From assembly GCA_964408285.1 (NCBI GenBank), contig CAYOYV010000004.1, positions 32,001 to 96,000 on the forward strand: a stretch of DNA of 64,000 bases, read 5' to 3'. Below the pieces are notes generated by a model that was not told where the DNA came from, searched no databases, and worked only from the letters and a program-made list of their open reading frames with translations. This stretch comes from an uncultured Nitrososphaerota archaeon. Lineage in GTDB: Archaea > Thermoproteota > EX4484-205 > JAAOZO01. Position numbers and translations under genes: made by a program. Below, piece by piece: positions 37,346 to 48,100 of the stretch. Positions within the stretch are counted from its first letter, which is position 1; the number at the start of each line of letters is the position of its first letter.

Positions 37346-38626
37346 ATGGGATCCAGAGACAGCACGGAGCTCTTTGAGGCAAAGCTCATTGACTTTGGGG
37401 GTGTCGTTAGAAGCAGGCTATTTCCCAGAAGAAGGCTTCGAAGCGTTCTATCAAACGGATTCGGTTTCGATGGATCATCCGTAGGATTCGTTGACATTGA
37501 GGACTCTGATATGGTTGCTAAACCGGACAAGAAATCAAAGCGAATTTTGCCCAGTCAAAATGGCAACATTCTTCTTTTCATGTGTGACCTTCTCCACAAA
37601 GGAAAGCCATACGAGGGATCAACAAGATTCCTACTGAAAAAGGAACTGTCCCTTTCCAAATACAAGATTCAAATGGGGCCCGAAGTGGAGTTCTATGTCC
37701 TTAGGGACGGTAAACGCATTGATGATGGATCATATATGGTGTCACATCCCCACGATGCCTTCGAGACGTTCAAGAGGTCGCTTTTGCTGAAGCTACAGAG
37801 GATAGGGCTCGACATAGAGGTTTCACACCACGAGGTCGGTCCAAGTCAACACGAGATAATAATGAAATCGGGCAGTCCACTCGAAATGGCGGATAGGGTA
37901 ATCCTATACAAATACATCCTGAGGGTCCTGTGCAGGGAAAACGGATATGACGTGACTTTCATGCCAAAGCCGTTTCAACGATTTGCAGGAAATGGGATGC
38001 ACGTTCATCTGAGTCTTTGGGAAAGGAACAACTTGTTCTATAATGGCAATGATGGCAATGGCATTTCACAGAAGGGCAGATACTTCATCGGTGGCCTTCT
38101 CGAATTCTATCCAGAGATTGCCCTAGCGACGAATAGCACGGTGAATTCATACAAGAGGCTTATTCCTCATCATGAGGCGCCTGTGTATGTGACATGGGGT
38201 TTCGGGAACCGCTCAACACTTGTGAGGATCCCAAACTATGGACTAAGGAGCGATTCTCTCAGGGTGGAAGTCAGATCGCCGGATTCGCTATCTGACCCAT
38301 ACTTGGCTTTCGCATCGATCATCAAGGCAGGCGTCGAGGGAATCAAGAAGAAGATAGAGCCTCCTGAGCCCTGTTCAACGAATGTCTACAAGCTATCCCG
38401 ATCTGAGATCAGGGACTTGCGGATAAAGACATTGCCAAAGAGCCTTATTCAGGCAGTGGAATACGCGACCAATGGGAGAATACTCAAGGAGCTACTCGGG
38501 AAGTATTTCGAACGATTCGTTCACCTGAAGCAAAAGGAGTGGAAGGACTATCTGAGCAATAACGGTGGCAGGGATCGGCCATTCTTCATTGAAGAATGGG
38601 AGTTGAAGAAGTATTTCCTTATGTAG
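37346..38626 (+). CDS. glnA: Glutamine synthetase type I
   Basis: FDGSSV.F..IEDSDM, GPEVEFY, HHEV...QHE, TFMPKP...GNGMH.H, NSYKRL.P..EAP, NRS..RIP, R.E.RSPD. Confidence 0.9.
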   Translation: MGSRDSTELFEAKLIDFGGVVRSRLFPRRRLRSVLSNGFGFDGSSVGFVDIEDSDMVAKPDKKSKRILPSQNGNILLFMCDLLHKGKPYEGSTRFLLKKELSLSKYKIQMGPEVEFYVLRDGKRIDDGSYMVSHPHDAFETFKRSLLLKLQRIGLDIEVSHHEVGPSQHEIIMKSGSPLEMADRVILYKYILRVLCRENGYDVTFMPKPFQRFAGNGMHVHLSLWERNNLFYNGNDGNGISQKGRYFIGGLLEFYPEIALATNSTVNSYKRLIPHHEAPVYVTWGFGNRSTLVRIPNYGLRSDSLRVEVRSPDSLSDPYLAFASIIKAGVEGIKKKIEPPEPCSTNVYKLSRSEIRDLRIKTLPKSLIQAVEYATNGRILKELLGKYFERFVHLKQKEWKDYLSNNGGRDRPFFIEEWELKKYFLM

Positions 38627-38695
38627 GAATCTTGGATCTGTGAATGGGCCAGAATCGCATTTCCGGTCGAACAACGCAAGAAGGGTCCAGCTGAG

Positions 38696-39283
38696 CTATT
38701 TCCTTCCGACAGTGGTGTTTTTCTCTCTTTCCCATCTTTCTACTTCGCTAAGGAGTGGAGGTCTGACCAAGATGACATTGATCTCTGATGGAAATTGAAG
38801 CTGCATTCTCTCATCGTCGTTTATCATCAGTAATCCAGTTTGCCCTTCTTTAAGGGTCTGGGATATACGTTCGACAATATGCCTCCTTCGGCTTTCGACA
38901 GCTTTTTTGTAGGCCTCTAGGATTTCTGCCGTGATACTGGCGACCTTCTGAGATATCTCCTTACTAAGAAATCCAAGTGATAGGAAAACCTGGCAATCGA
39001 TGATTTGAAGGAATGTCTGTCTGTCCTCCAGTGCCTCAACCTTTCCGCCGCTTTCTGCTACGTTTTTTATGAATTGAAAGCCTTTCTGATTGATCGCCTG
39101 AAGGTGCCTAAGCCCCTCATCGTCAGGGGAATCGTTTGCCTCATGGTACAGACTGCTGATATTCCCATAGATCCTTTGCAGTGTTTCTATCTGTTCTCCT
39201 ATCTGCGTCCAATACTTGTTGGCAAGATCCTCAGGTACCTGATCTCCAATCAGAGGAACGCAAAAAAGATTCTTGCTCGTCAT
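38696..39283 (-). CDS. Hypothetical protein
   Basis: 195-aa ORF with protein-like composition filling the gap between genes. Confidence 0.65.
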   Translation of the reverse strand: MTSKNLFCVPLIGDQVPEDLANKYWTQIGEQIETLQRIYGNISSLYHEANDSPDDEGLRHLQAINQKGFQFIKNVAESGGKVEALEDRQTFLQIIDCQVFLSLGFLSKEISQKVASITAEILEAYKKAVESRRRHIVERISQTLKEGQTGLLMINDDERMQLQFPSEINVILVRPPLLSEVERWEREKNTTVGRK

Positions 39284-39354
39284 TTCCGTTGTATTATGAT
39301 ATTAGATCCCGGTTATTTCTATTTTGTTCTCCGTGTTTTGGGCCGGTCTAAGGA

Positions 39355-40446
39355 CTATCTCTGGGGCAGATATGTTCGGGCTGCCTCATACATGCTGAGG
39401 ATATTCTCAACTGGCACATCAGGTTGCATCGAATGTGTCGGCCCGAGTATGAGGCCGGTAGGACCGCACGTTTGTATCCGATATCTTATTTCCTCTGCTA
39501 CCTGTTCTGGGGTGCCATGGGGGAGTGTGCTCTGGACTCCTATTGTGCCATCAAAGCATAGTTCGTCTCCATACTTAATTTTGAGTTCAGCTGGGTTCAT
39601 GCACTCTGGCTGGACTGGATTCAGGATATCCACTCCTATGTCGATGAGGTCGGGGATTATTGGCTCTATCCAACCATCACTATGAAACATGACGTATGCG
39701 CCCCTCTTCTTGAACTCCCGGAACATCCCCGCGTATCTGGGCTTCAGGTGCCTCCTCCATAGCCTCGGACTCACAATCATGCTATTCTGCGATCCAACAT
39801 CGTCCCCGTTGCAGACGAAATCGACACCCGCTTCCGCCTCCAGGATTCCCTGTTGAGTTGAGATGCGGAAGAGTTCGTCCATTAGTCTGATGATTAGAGG
39901 ATCGTCATTATGCATGCCTATAAGGAATCTCTGCATCCCTGTCAGCTTCCATGCTGTCTCAAAGACTTGAAGGCAGCCAGATCCCACGTAATGATCTTCA
40001 TGGCGTCTGCGATAACGGATGATGGCCGTTTGATCCTCGGCGATCACGGTTGGCCAGATGAAGTCATTCAAATCCTCGATGTGGGTGAAGGGATGTCTAT
40101 AGTACGAGTATGTGTAGGCGTGCTCGGGGGCCCAAAGGGTCTCCACTTTCCAGATATTAGTATGCAACTCGAACGGGCCTTCATGGCGTAAGAACCAGCC
40201 ACCTTCCTCATCCCTTGGAACCGATTGAATCGGAGCATAAGGGCTCTTGATGCCTACTCCAGGTGCGCCATACTCGTCAATCCCCAAACACTCATAGACT
40301 TCGTCATATTCGGCTTCGCCATGTTTTATCCCCAAGGCACGAACCAACTTGCTATATGGCTCGGGCCTAATCCTCAGTACTAGGGGGATTCTGTCAAGTT
40401 CCTGATGCAAAATAGCACCGATACATCGCTCCCTCGATGAAACCAT
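39355..40446 (-). CDS. Uroporphyrinogen decarboxylase / MtaA-CmuA methyltransferase family protein
   Basis: SSRER......DRIP, GDD.GSQ...SP..W, FHSDG, NPVQPECM, G.I.VQ.TLP.GTPE, H..QPDVP.EN. Confidence 0.88.
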   Translation of the reverse strand: MVSSRERCIGAILHQELDRIPLVLRIRPEPYSKLVRALGIKHGEAEYDEVYECLGIDEYGAPGVGIKSPYAPIQSVPRDEEGGWFLRHEGPFELHTNIWKVETLWAPEHAYTYSYYRHPFTHIEDLNDFIWPTVIAEDQTAIIRYRRRHEDHYVGSGCLQVFETAWKLTGMQRFLIGMHNDDPLIIRLMDELFRISTQQGILEAEAGVDFVCNGDDVGSQNSMIVSPRLWRRHLKPRYAGMFREFKKRGAYVMFHSDGWIEPIIPDLIDIGVDILNPVQPECMNPAELKIKYGDELCFDGTIGVQSTLPHGTPEQVAEEIRYRIQTCGPTGLILGPTHSMQPDVPVENILSMYEAARTYLPQR

Positions 40447-40498
40447 CTCATGAATCGATCTTGAAGTTCTATTAAGCCTTTGAAGGGCACCTGATGGG

Positions 40499-40801
40499 CT
40501 ATTGTGAAGGTTTCTGCTTCGGTATCAACAGCAATTGGAACCGAAGGCCAGTTGGGGCTTCCCTCAGCCCCTCAACCTGAACCTCAGCATTTCCCTTAGC
40601 TTCATTCCCCCGGTCATCTATACAGTGGAAATCGACCAATTGGCCAGGATCCATCTGTGCAAACTGCCTGATCTCGTCAATCAATTGCTCCCCGTGGTCG
40701 ATCTCGCCACCTATGTCGATTCCGGCCACCGATGAATACACATAGTGGATGTATTCCTGTGGAATCTTGACCCCGTTGATCTGTGCGTAGGTCATCGCCA
40801 A
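40499..40801 (-). CDS. Hypothetical protein (100 aa)
   Basis: ORF co-oriented with neighbours; minus-strand TATA-like CTTAAAT about 20 nt upstream. Confidence 0.6.
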   Translation of the reverse strand: MAMTYAQINGVKIPQEYIHYVYSSVAGIDIGGEIDHGEQLIDEIRQFAQMDPGQLVDFHCIDDRGNEAKGNAEVQVEGLREAPTGLRFQLLLIPKQKPSQ

Positions 40802-41039
40802 TTGCAGCCGAGTGACGGAATTTAAGGGGGCGTATGTAATCGAAACATACAGAATTCAAGTTGCAAGCATGAGCCAAATCACTTCCTGCCATTGTAGGGA
40901 AGTCCACTTTAGGGAGTATTGACGACCCCTTGAATCTGATTATTGAAGTCGCGATCACTCGCGCACGATCGCGTATGCTCCCCATGTCTCGATCTTGGAG
41001 GAATTGAGAATCTATGTCTGCAAAAGCTAGAAACCCAGG

Positions 41040-42788
41040 TCAGGCCTGAGGGAATTCAACTCTTGTCTGCGTTATGCCTGTTGGATAACCATCAAAACGT
41101 CCAATCCTCGTTCCGAACTGCGTAGCCAGCTCCTTCTTGTGCCCCATTCTGATTAGTCTGTTCCATCTTGGGAGAAGGAATGGCGCCCCCCCCATCTCCC
41201 AGATAAGGACACCTTGAGCACCTTGATTGTAGAGATCGTTTGCATGTCGCAGCAATCGATTTGGATCCAACTGCGGAACCATTTTCCTAGGCCACCTTCC
41301 GAAATAGCCCCGCCAGTCATAGTCCTCGGGAAAAAGACTTAGGTCTGTCTGGCCAAGGACGGCCCACAACTTGCATTTCGTTCCCTCGGTCATCCGGACA
41401 TAGTAATCCAAATTTATGTTCGAATAGATCCTTTCCCTAGAGACTGCGAGAACGTCTATGAGATCCTCTGCGATCCAAGTTCGGAGATCTAGGGCATTGA
41501 CTAAGTTCATGTCTGCCCTTCCACTGGGATTTGTTATGAAGGTTGGTTGGCAGTCCACTTGCGCTGCTAGGGAGATTCTTGTTCGCGTTTTTCTCTCCAT
41601 GTCGTTCACCTCAGACCTCAGCTTCCTCATGAATTCCGTCATGTACCCGGCCTTATGCTGCAACCACCTTAGGTCGTTGTCCTCGATCTTTCTAGGGTCC
41701 TCCCCGTATTGCTCTATGAAACTATCTACAACAGGGGGCTCGTATAGAACCCAAGGAGGAAACCGTGTAAAGTCAAGGTAGATGCCATCGACACCGTATC
41801 GGGCTTGTTCTTCGAGTGCAGCCAACTTATGAGCGTTCACCTGAGGGTAAGCGTGGGATAGATGAACATTGTAGCTGCCGTCCTTATTGATGCAACGAAG
41901 GTGCTGATTCTCCCTCTGAAATCTGCCGGTGAAATCATCATTATAGGCTCCTACGGGGTAAGTGTGATCCACCCTATAGTCAGCATAGATCTCCAATCCA
42001 TTGTCGTGGCAATAGTCAACAGCCACACGTAAGGGGTCCCATCCTTCCCTTACGCTGGTTGCCAGGAATTCAGAGCAGAACCTATTGGCGTCATTGAGGA
42101 AATCGCCTTTGCCATGGCCAAACACTTCACCGATTTTTGTATGATAGAGGTAGGTATATGTTGTGCAGGTCGTTCCCCAGCAGATAGTCCTGAAATCAGT
42201 CCCTATGAATGGTTCCAGATTCTTCTTTATCGTGTTCGGATCATAGGGTGGGCTTTCACAGAGAATCTCATGAACATCGAAAACGCCACCACATATCTTT
42301 GTCTCCAGTTGCCTCCTCTCCGCATCTGCCCTTGCGACTTCCTCGTCAGATAACGGAGCAAGTCTGGCGTAAGCCAGAAAAGCCCTATTCCTATCCGCCT
42401 TAAAGAAGTGCAGACTTTGACCAGTGAGATTCGCGTCTTTCCAGTGGCCCTCCACGATATATCCGTAGGGTTGATTGAGGAATGAGCATCCAGTCACAAC
42501 GCGTCGAACTTCATCTCCGGTCAACCTCGCCTCCAGTGTGCAAGTCCGCTGATCAGGTTGGTATATTCCGACATGAATGCCGTACCAGCCCTTCAGATTC
42601 AGGGGATACGTGACCTCGGGAACTGAGACGCCAGGCTCTGCCGTCAACATTGTTCCTTCCAAAGCCACTGCCTTGTAACGTCTGAGGAGCCAACTATTGC
42701 TTTTCTCCGCAAACGAGACAGCGTCATTTGGCAAGCATTTGTCGAAATCTGAAATCAGGAGCGAACTCCGGGTATCTGGACGTGCCAA
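41040..42788 (-). CDS. Glycoside hydrolase-like TIM-barrel protein (GHL10/DUF187-like)
   Basis: DPL..AVDYCH..GLE.Y...R, YGVDGIYLDF.R, W.QH.A..MT.FMR patterns. Confidence 0.7.
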   Translation of the reverse strand: MARPDTRSSLLISDFDKCLPNDAVSFAEKSNSWLLRRYKAVALEGTMLTAEPGVSVPEVTYPLNLKGWYGIHVGIYQPDQRTCTLEARLTGDEVRRVVTGCSFLNQPYGYIVEGHWKDANLTGQSLHFFKADRNRAFLAYARLAPLSDEEVARADAERRQLETKICGGVFDVHEILCESPPYDPNTIKKNLEPFIGTDFRTICWGTTCTTYTYLYHTKIGEVFGHGKGDFLNDANRFCSEFLATSVREGWDPLRVAVDYCHDNGLEIYADYRVDHTYPVGAYNDDFTGRFQRENQHLRCINKDGSYNVHLSHAYPQVNAHKLAALEEQARYGVDGIYLDFTRFPPWVLYEPPVVDSFIEQYGEDPRKIEDNDLRWLQHKAGYMTEFMRKLRSEVNDMERKTRTRISLAAQVDCQPTFITNPSGRADMNLVNALDLRTWIAEDLIDVLAVSRERIYSNINLDYYVRMTEGTKCKLWAVLGQTDLSLFPEDYDWRGYFGRWPRKMVPQLDPNRLLRHANDLYNQGAQGVLIWEMGGAPFLLPRWNRLIRMGHKKELATQFGTRIGRFDGYPTGITQTRVEFPQA

Positions 42789-42884
42789 GAACGTTCAATC
42801 CGTTGGGAAATGGCCTTTCATATTAATCTTCTCAGAGACTGAGCTGGATTCAATCATAAATATCCTATTCTCATATAGGAAACC

Positions 42885-43838
42885 ATGCGGAGTTCGTACG
42901 AGGTTAGGGTGATTGACATTTTGGAGAGGGAGAAGCTGATGGAGCACGTCTACGAATTACCTCTTCGCGAAAGGAAAGCTGACATCGATGGGCTATGTGT
43001 CAAAATAATGACCAACGTGGACGCGTTCAAGGAGATGTTCGAAGACAACTTCTATTCGATGAGTGAGGGAATCCGCCCACATGTGAGGTTGTACGTTGTG
43101 AACGATGGAACAGCGTTTTCGGTCCTGTATGAACCGATCTCACATACAGTCTTCATCATGAACTGCGATTACTACGGCTGGATAAAGAGCATCACGCTAG
43201 CTGCTGCTGCAGATCTCTTCGAGGAGTACTACTCAGTGCACAGGAGATATGCAGTACATGGGTCCCTTGTAGATAAGGGAGGCCGTGGCATTGCCCTCAT
43301 CGGAACACCGGGCAGTGGAAAGACGACACTTACTTATGGCCTTCTCATTGAGAAGAAGCATAGTTTCGTCGCCGACGACTGGTTCTTTACAAGATTAATG
43401 GGTGATGATGTCATGGCCTACTCTTCTGAGAAGAACTCATACGTCAGAGCTGATCTCGCGAACCTTTGGCCCTCATTGGCAAGTCTTCTCGAAAAAATAA
43501 GATATGATCTGAAGGGCAGGGCGATCGTTGATGTTCGTATGCTCTTTGGCAGCGCAAGGATAAGGGAGAGCTCCGTCCTGAAGGCAATCATCTTATTGAA
43601 AAGGGACAAGTCAGACCCGAGCGTAATCAGTCGCATATCGAGCGATGCGGCCTTGAAATTCATGCTTGCCAACGATTTCTGCAATCCACATCAATTGATA
43701 AGAGATGAGAGGAAGACAACACTCAGGGCCAAGTTCATGAAAGCCTTACTCGATGTCGTGCCAACGTATCTACTCAACACGACCGAGACGCCTTCGGAGT
43801 CCCTTGGGAGAGTTAAGGAGATAGCAGGCTCAATCTGA
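42885..43838 (+). CDS. HPr kinase/phosphorylase-like P-loop protein
   Basis: HGSLV...GRG.ALIG.PGSGKTT followed by FVADDW. Confidence 0.78.
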   Translation: MRSSYEVRVIDILEREKLMEHVYELPLRERKADIDGLCVKIMTNVDAFKEMFEDNFYSMSEGIRPHVRLYVVNDGTAFSVLYEPISHTVFIMNCDYYGWIKSITLAAAADLFEEYYSVHRRYAVHGSLVDKGGRGIALIGTPGSGKTTLTYGLLIEKKHSFVADDWFFTRLMGDDVMAYSSEKNSYVRADLANLWPSLASLLEKIRYDLKGRAIVDVRMLFGSARIRESSVLKAIILLKRDKSDPSVISRISSDAALKFMLANDFCNPHQLIRDERKTTLRAKFMKALLDVVPTYLLNTTETPSESLGRVKEIAGSI

Positions 43839-43913
43839 TTCGAACAGACGGAATAACCCAAGCAAGACCAGTCACCGGAAATGTCAAGAGGATGCAGCAA
43901 CGTTTTGCAGTCG

Positions 43914-44996
43914 CTAAGGTGTGCCAGTTATTCCTGCCAGCTTGGGGTAAGGAGTGGCTTCCCATATTGAATCCAAGCCACAGACATATCTCGTGAACCT
44001 TTCCAAACCTATGCCAAAACCGGAGGAAGGAGGTATGCCGTCCCGTAGCATCTCAAGATACCAACCATATTGGTCGGCATTCTCTCCGGATTCAGTAATC
44101 CTAGCGAGCACTTTATCATATTCGTATTCTCTCTCAGCACCGGATGCCGCCTCTCCAAAGCCATTCGGATATATGAGATCGAAGCAATTCAAAGTACTGG
44201 CATCTGTCGGATCTTGCCTATCATAGAAGCTCCTTGAGCCATAAGGGTAATCATACACGAAGAAGGGTTCGCTGAACAAAAGGGAGAGTTCTTTTTCTAG
44301 GTCGATATCTCCTCTCCAAGGTATTTCAGAATCATAGCCAGCTGGGAATCCCTTGGCGTTCAAGAGATCAATGGCCTCTCTGTGTTTGATTCTTTTGAAG
44401 GGTATGGACGGCTTGGTCAGTTTGCTGCGAAGAGATCCGAGCAATTCGCCCCTTTCAGTCAAGATCCTACCTATGACGTTCGCCACCAATTCCTCCAATA
44501 ATGCCATTGCTTCATGGTACGTCGAATTCGCCTGCTCGACATCTACCTGATAGAACTCGCAGAGATGCCTCCTCGTCCTTATACTTTCCACGGGCTCAAG
44601 CCTTATGTTTGGAGCGAATAAGTAAATGCTACCGAGAGAAGCTGCAAGCATCTGCTTGTACAAAATGGCGCTACTCATTATCTTGTAAGAGGTGCCGTAG
44701 AAATCGAAGGTAGCTTGGTCTGCTCCTCTTAATCCGGGGTCAGTCACAGGGCCTATCACGGGTGGGATTGCCTCTATGAATCCCTTTGAGTCAAGAAATT
44801 CCCTAATGTAGGATGACAAGGACCCCTGAATCATAATGACTGCTTTCCTCGTTGGCCCCCTCAAGAGGAGATGGGCCTTCCTGAGCTCTTGGGGATCCGG
44901 TACAGAGATCTGCTCAGGCGACACATCTGTCCCGGGCTTGGGATCCTCAATAAGCTTTTCCGTCGATAGACCGTCATTCTTGTACGAAATTGCCAC
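43914..44996 (-). CDS. Second asparagine synthetase A-like class II aaRS-core ligase
   Basis: VTDPGLRGA, SAILYKQ, APNIRLE, HL.EF.Q.DVE, GFGEAASG.ERE, GFGIGLER. Confidence 0.82.
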   Translation of the reverse strand: MAISYKNDGLSTEKLIEDPKPGTDVSPEQISVPDPQELRKAHLLLRGPTRKAVIMIQGSLSSYIREFLDSKGFIEAIPPVIGPVTDPGLRGADQATFDFYGTSYKIMSSAILYKQMLAASLGSIYLFAPNIRLEPVESIRTRRHLCEFYQVDVEQANSTYHEAMALLEELVANVIGRILTERGELLGSLRSKLTKPSIPFKRIKHREAIDLLNAKGFPAGYDSEIPWRGDIDLEKELSLLFSEPFFVYDYPYGSRSFYDRQDPTDASTLNCFDLIYPNGFGEAASGAEREYEYDKVLARITESGENADQYGWYLEMLRDGIPPSSGFGIGLERFTRYVCGLDSIWEATPYPKLAGITGTP

Positions 44997-45160
44997 TTGT
45001 TGCTTGCCAAACCGAATGAATTACGCGAAATGGGATTTTCCTTCCCGCGCATCTGTCTGGAAAGGTGCCTCGAAGGACCTCAGGTCGACGAGCCACTGCA
45101 TGTTCCATCAACTTGGTAAAGAATCTGAACAAGGTTTAAAGGGGGGGTTTTCTCGGAGCT

Positions 45161-48100
45161 ATGTGGCTGACCAAATCAATGCTTTTTCGCCAGTTCGCTC
45201 TTCTGTTGCTGCTAGCAGCATTTGTGTTGGGCCCCTCGCATGTCGTAGTGGCACAGCAAGACCAAGAGCTTTACAGATTCAATTATCGCGTGAACTTCAA
45301 TAGCCAAGACGATCTGGTGCCGGAGAGGCTCAATCTTACTTGCCAATTCTACATCACGACCGCTCGTTCGATAGTACCGCTATCGGTTGTGATTCCTGTC
45401 TCAAAGTCCGGGCAATCGACAGGGAACGTGAATGTTACGCTCGATATGAATCCAACAGATGTCATTCTGGCTTCGATCGGATCAGACGTGAGTCTGTTGC
45501 TCGGCAGACAAAATGCCTTCTATCCAGAAGCACGCGAGAGGAACTTCGTAATCCAGTGGGAGGTGGAAAGCATTGGAAACCGTTTCGTGTACACGCCTCT
45601 CGCGATCCCAAGCCCATACATGGCGTACATGTACTCGAATCTGGCAACCGATTTGCGAATAAGGCCAACTGGATACTTTGGACGTTCCATAGAAGTTGGA
45701 ACTAGGTCGATCAATGTCTACATTTCGCTCTCTGCAAGGGCTGGAGACAAATATGCCTGCGATCCGCTAGGCCTAGAGGACCTAAAGTATTCAATCTCCT
45801 TCAATGAGCCCGGACCAATCATCCTCTCAAGGGATCTCTCTTTTGTAATAGTCGACGCAAGAAATTCCACAGTCCATATACGGGCATCGTACATGCAATC
45901 TGTTCCAGCGCTGCCGAATCAGAAATGGATTGAACTCCCATTTGAATTCGACATCGAATTGGAGGAAGGACGGCCTTTGGCACTTGGGTCCAGATTGCTC
46001 AGCTCCCTCGAAGCTGCGTCCATGGATTGGCTCATGAGGGAATCAGAATTCTTGAACAAGAGCAGAGCCGTTGTCCCCGATATAGCGGCCAAGATTAGCC
46101 AAGCTAAAGAGGATATTAGCTCTTTTGAGTTAGCCTTCATTGATGATCCGGCCTCAGCCAATTCCTTTGCCCTGCAGAGGGGTCTGAAGCTGCTAGCTGA
46201 GGCCGATGACCAGCTTGCGATTCTGTCTTCAACGCTGAGCCTTTTCGTTACGCCGGCCATACTTAGTTTGTTGCTCATATTAGGAGCGATACTGTCGCAT
46301 CTGTTTCTTAACGGCAATAAGGTTGCTACGCTTGCTATAGCTGGGTTTGCGTCGCTCTTGGCTGCGGAATTACACCCTGGATTAAGGGTATTCCTGATAT
46401 CGCTTAGACCGGATTTCACCACTCTCGTTACAGCTGCAATGCCGGTTCTCTCGTTGCTCTTCACTGGTTTTCTCATATTTCGCGGCTCTGGGCCCCGGTC
46501 CCAAGTGGGCCTTGCGATATCTACCGCGATAAGAATGACAAAGACCAGGAAGCTCAGGGGATTGCTCACCGTATTAGCAGTTGCAGTAGTTGCGAGCGCA
46601 GCCGTACCGAGCATAACCGTGAAGACGGTGATGCCAGTGAGAATACAAGTACTCGAGACTCAATATGAGGGATCGCTCCTGCTGTCTGTCAGCAATTCCT
46701 GGAGAATGAGAATGGCTACTCAAGGTGGTGCGGCCTCAGAGGAATCCGGCTTCTCTTCGATGAGCTCTTCCGAACCCTCTTTCTACGCAATGACTCTGGG
46801 CTTCAGGGAATCCACGCCCATATCCCTCGCATTCTACAGGTCCTCTAAGGCATCAGGCTGCGTCATATTTGCCAATCTCACGTTTCTGGCCAAGTATCTT
46901 GGGCTGGCACCACGTGGAGTGAATATCACCAAAGTAAGTCAGGCCATCATAGTGAATAGCAGACTGGACACAATCAGACAAGGAGAGACGCTCGTGGTCG
47001 CTGGCGTGCCACTTAAGGTCATTGGATTCTTCGATAGCTCAAGTCTCACAGATCTGACGGGCAGGCCTCTCGAAGAGCTTATTGAAGGAAATGAGCTGCT
47101 CTTTCAGAATCCAACTTGGGATTCCTTGACTTCTCCCGCCTCTAGTCCGTTTGGGAGGAGTGTTCTTGATCAGCTCATAGCGGAGAGGGCTCCATTTCTA
47201 CTGTCAACCAAATATGCGCTGCCACCACAGATTGTCGGCGTCGTCGATATCAATATGATCTCAGGTATCAACAAACGGAACCTAGTCACTATTTCTGTTG
47301 TCGGGACTTTGGGTAGTGAGGTCGATGAGGCGAAATTGGAGGGGACCGTCAGGGGCCTGATATCCTCGACAAAAAACTCACTATCAATGGTAGACTCAGA
47401 GCAAGGAATCTCGGTTGAATTCATTAGCTCTATATCTACTACGATTTCGGCAAATGGTCAGTCAAAACAACTGGAGATCGATTTCCCTGTCGTGCTGCCG
47501 TTGGGAAGCTGGACATCACAACTAATCCTTATGTCAATAGGGGGGCTGATAATATATACTGTAATATTGGGGTCGACCGTAGAAAGGGCAAAGGAGTCTG
47601 CCACGATTAGCAGCCTAGGGGCTTCTCCGAATTTCATCACGTTCTCCTTTCTGGCTGAAGGGCTCATGTTGGGAGCAATAGGGGCTGTCATAGGATTCTC
47701 GGCTGGATATATTCTCGCAATAGCAATAGGGACGAGTTCCCCAGATGTGGCCACGGAGTTCCACACTCTGACGCCAATGCTCCTTGTGCTATCCACTTCA
47801 ATAGTCATTACCGGTTTGGCTTCCATTTCTCCAGCTAGAAATGCTATCATGAAGGTCGTGCCCAGTAGGAAGATGCTGACTAGGGGCATAGGAGAGATAA
47901 GGATAGACAACACGGGGGCAAGGAGAATCTATGTTCCACTTAGACTCAGGGAAGGTCAGGTGACTCCGTTTCTAGATTTCATTTCCAGAAGGCTTGGCAC
48001 CTCTTCCTACTACGAATATGGAATGCGAATCAACGGGTATCAGATAGATGACTTGGGCCACAGATTCAAGGTATCTTACACAGGAGCTGGAGGAATCACT

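Noticed and set aside
39355-40446. Evidence for methanogenesis from MtaA-like genes
   Set aside because: No mcr, mtr, corrinoid protein or substrate-specific methyltransferase genes are in the window, and this family is widespread in non-methanogens.
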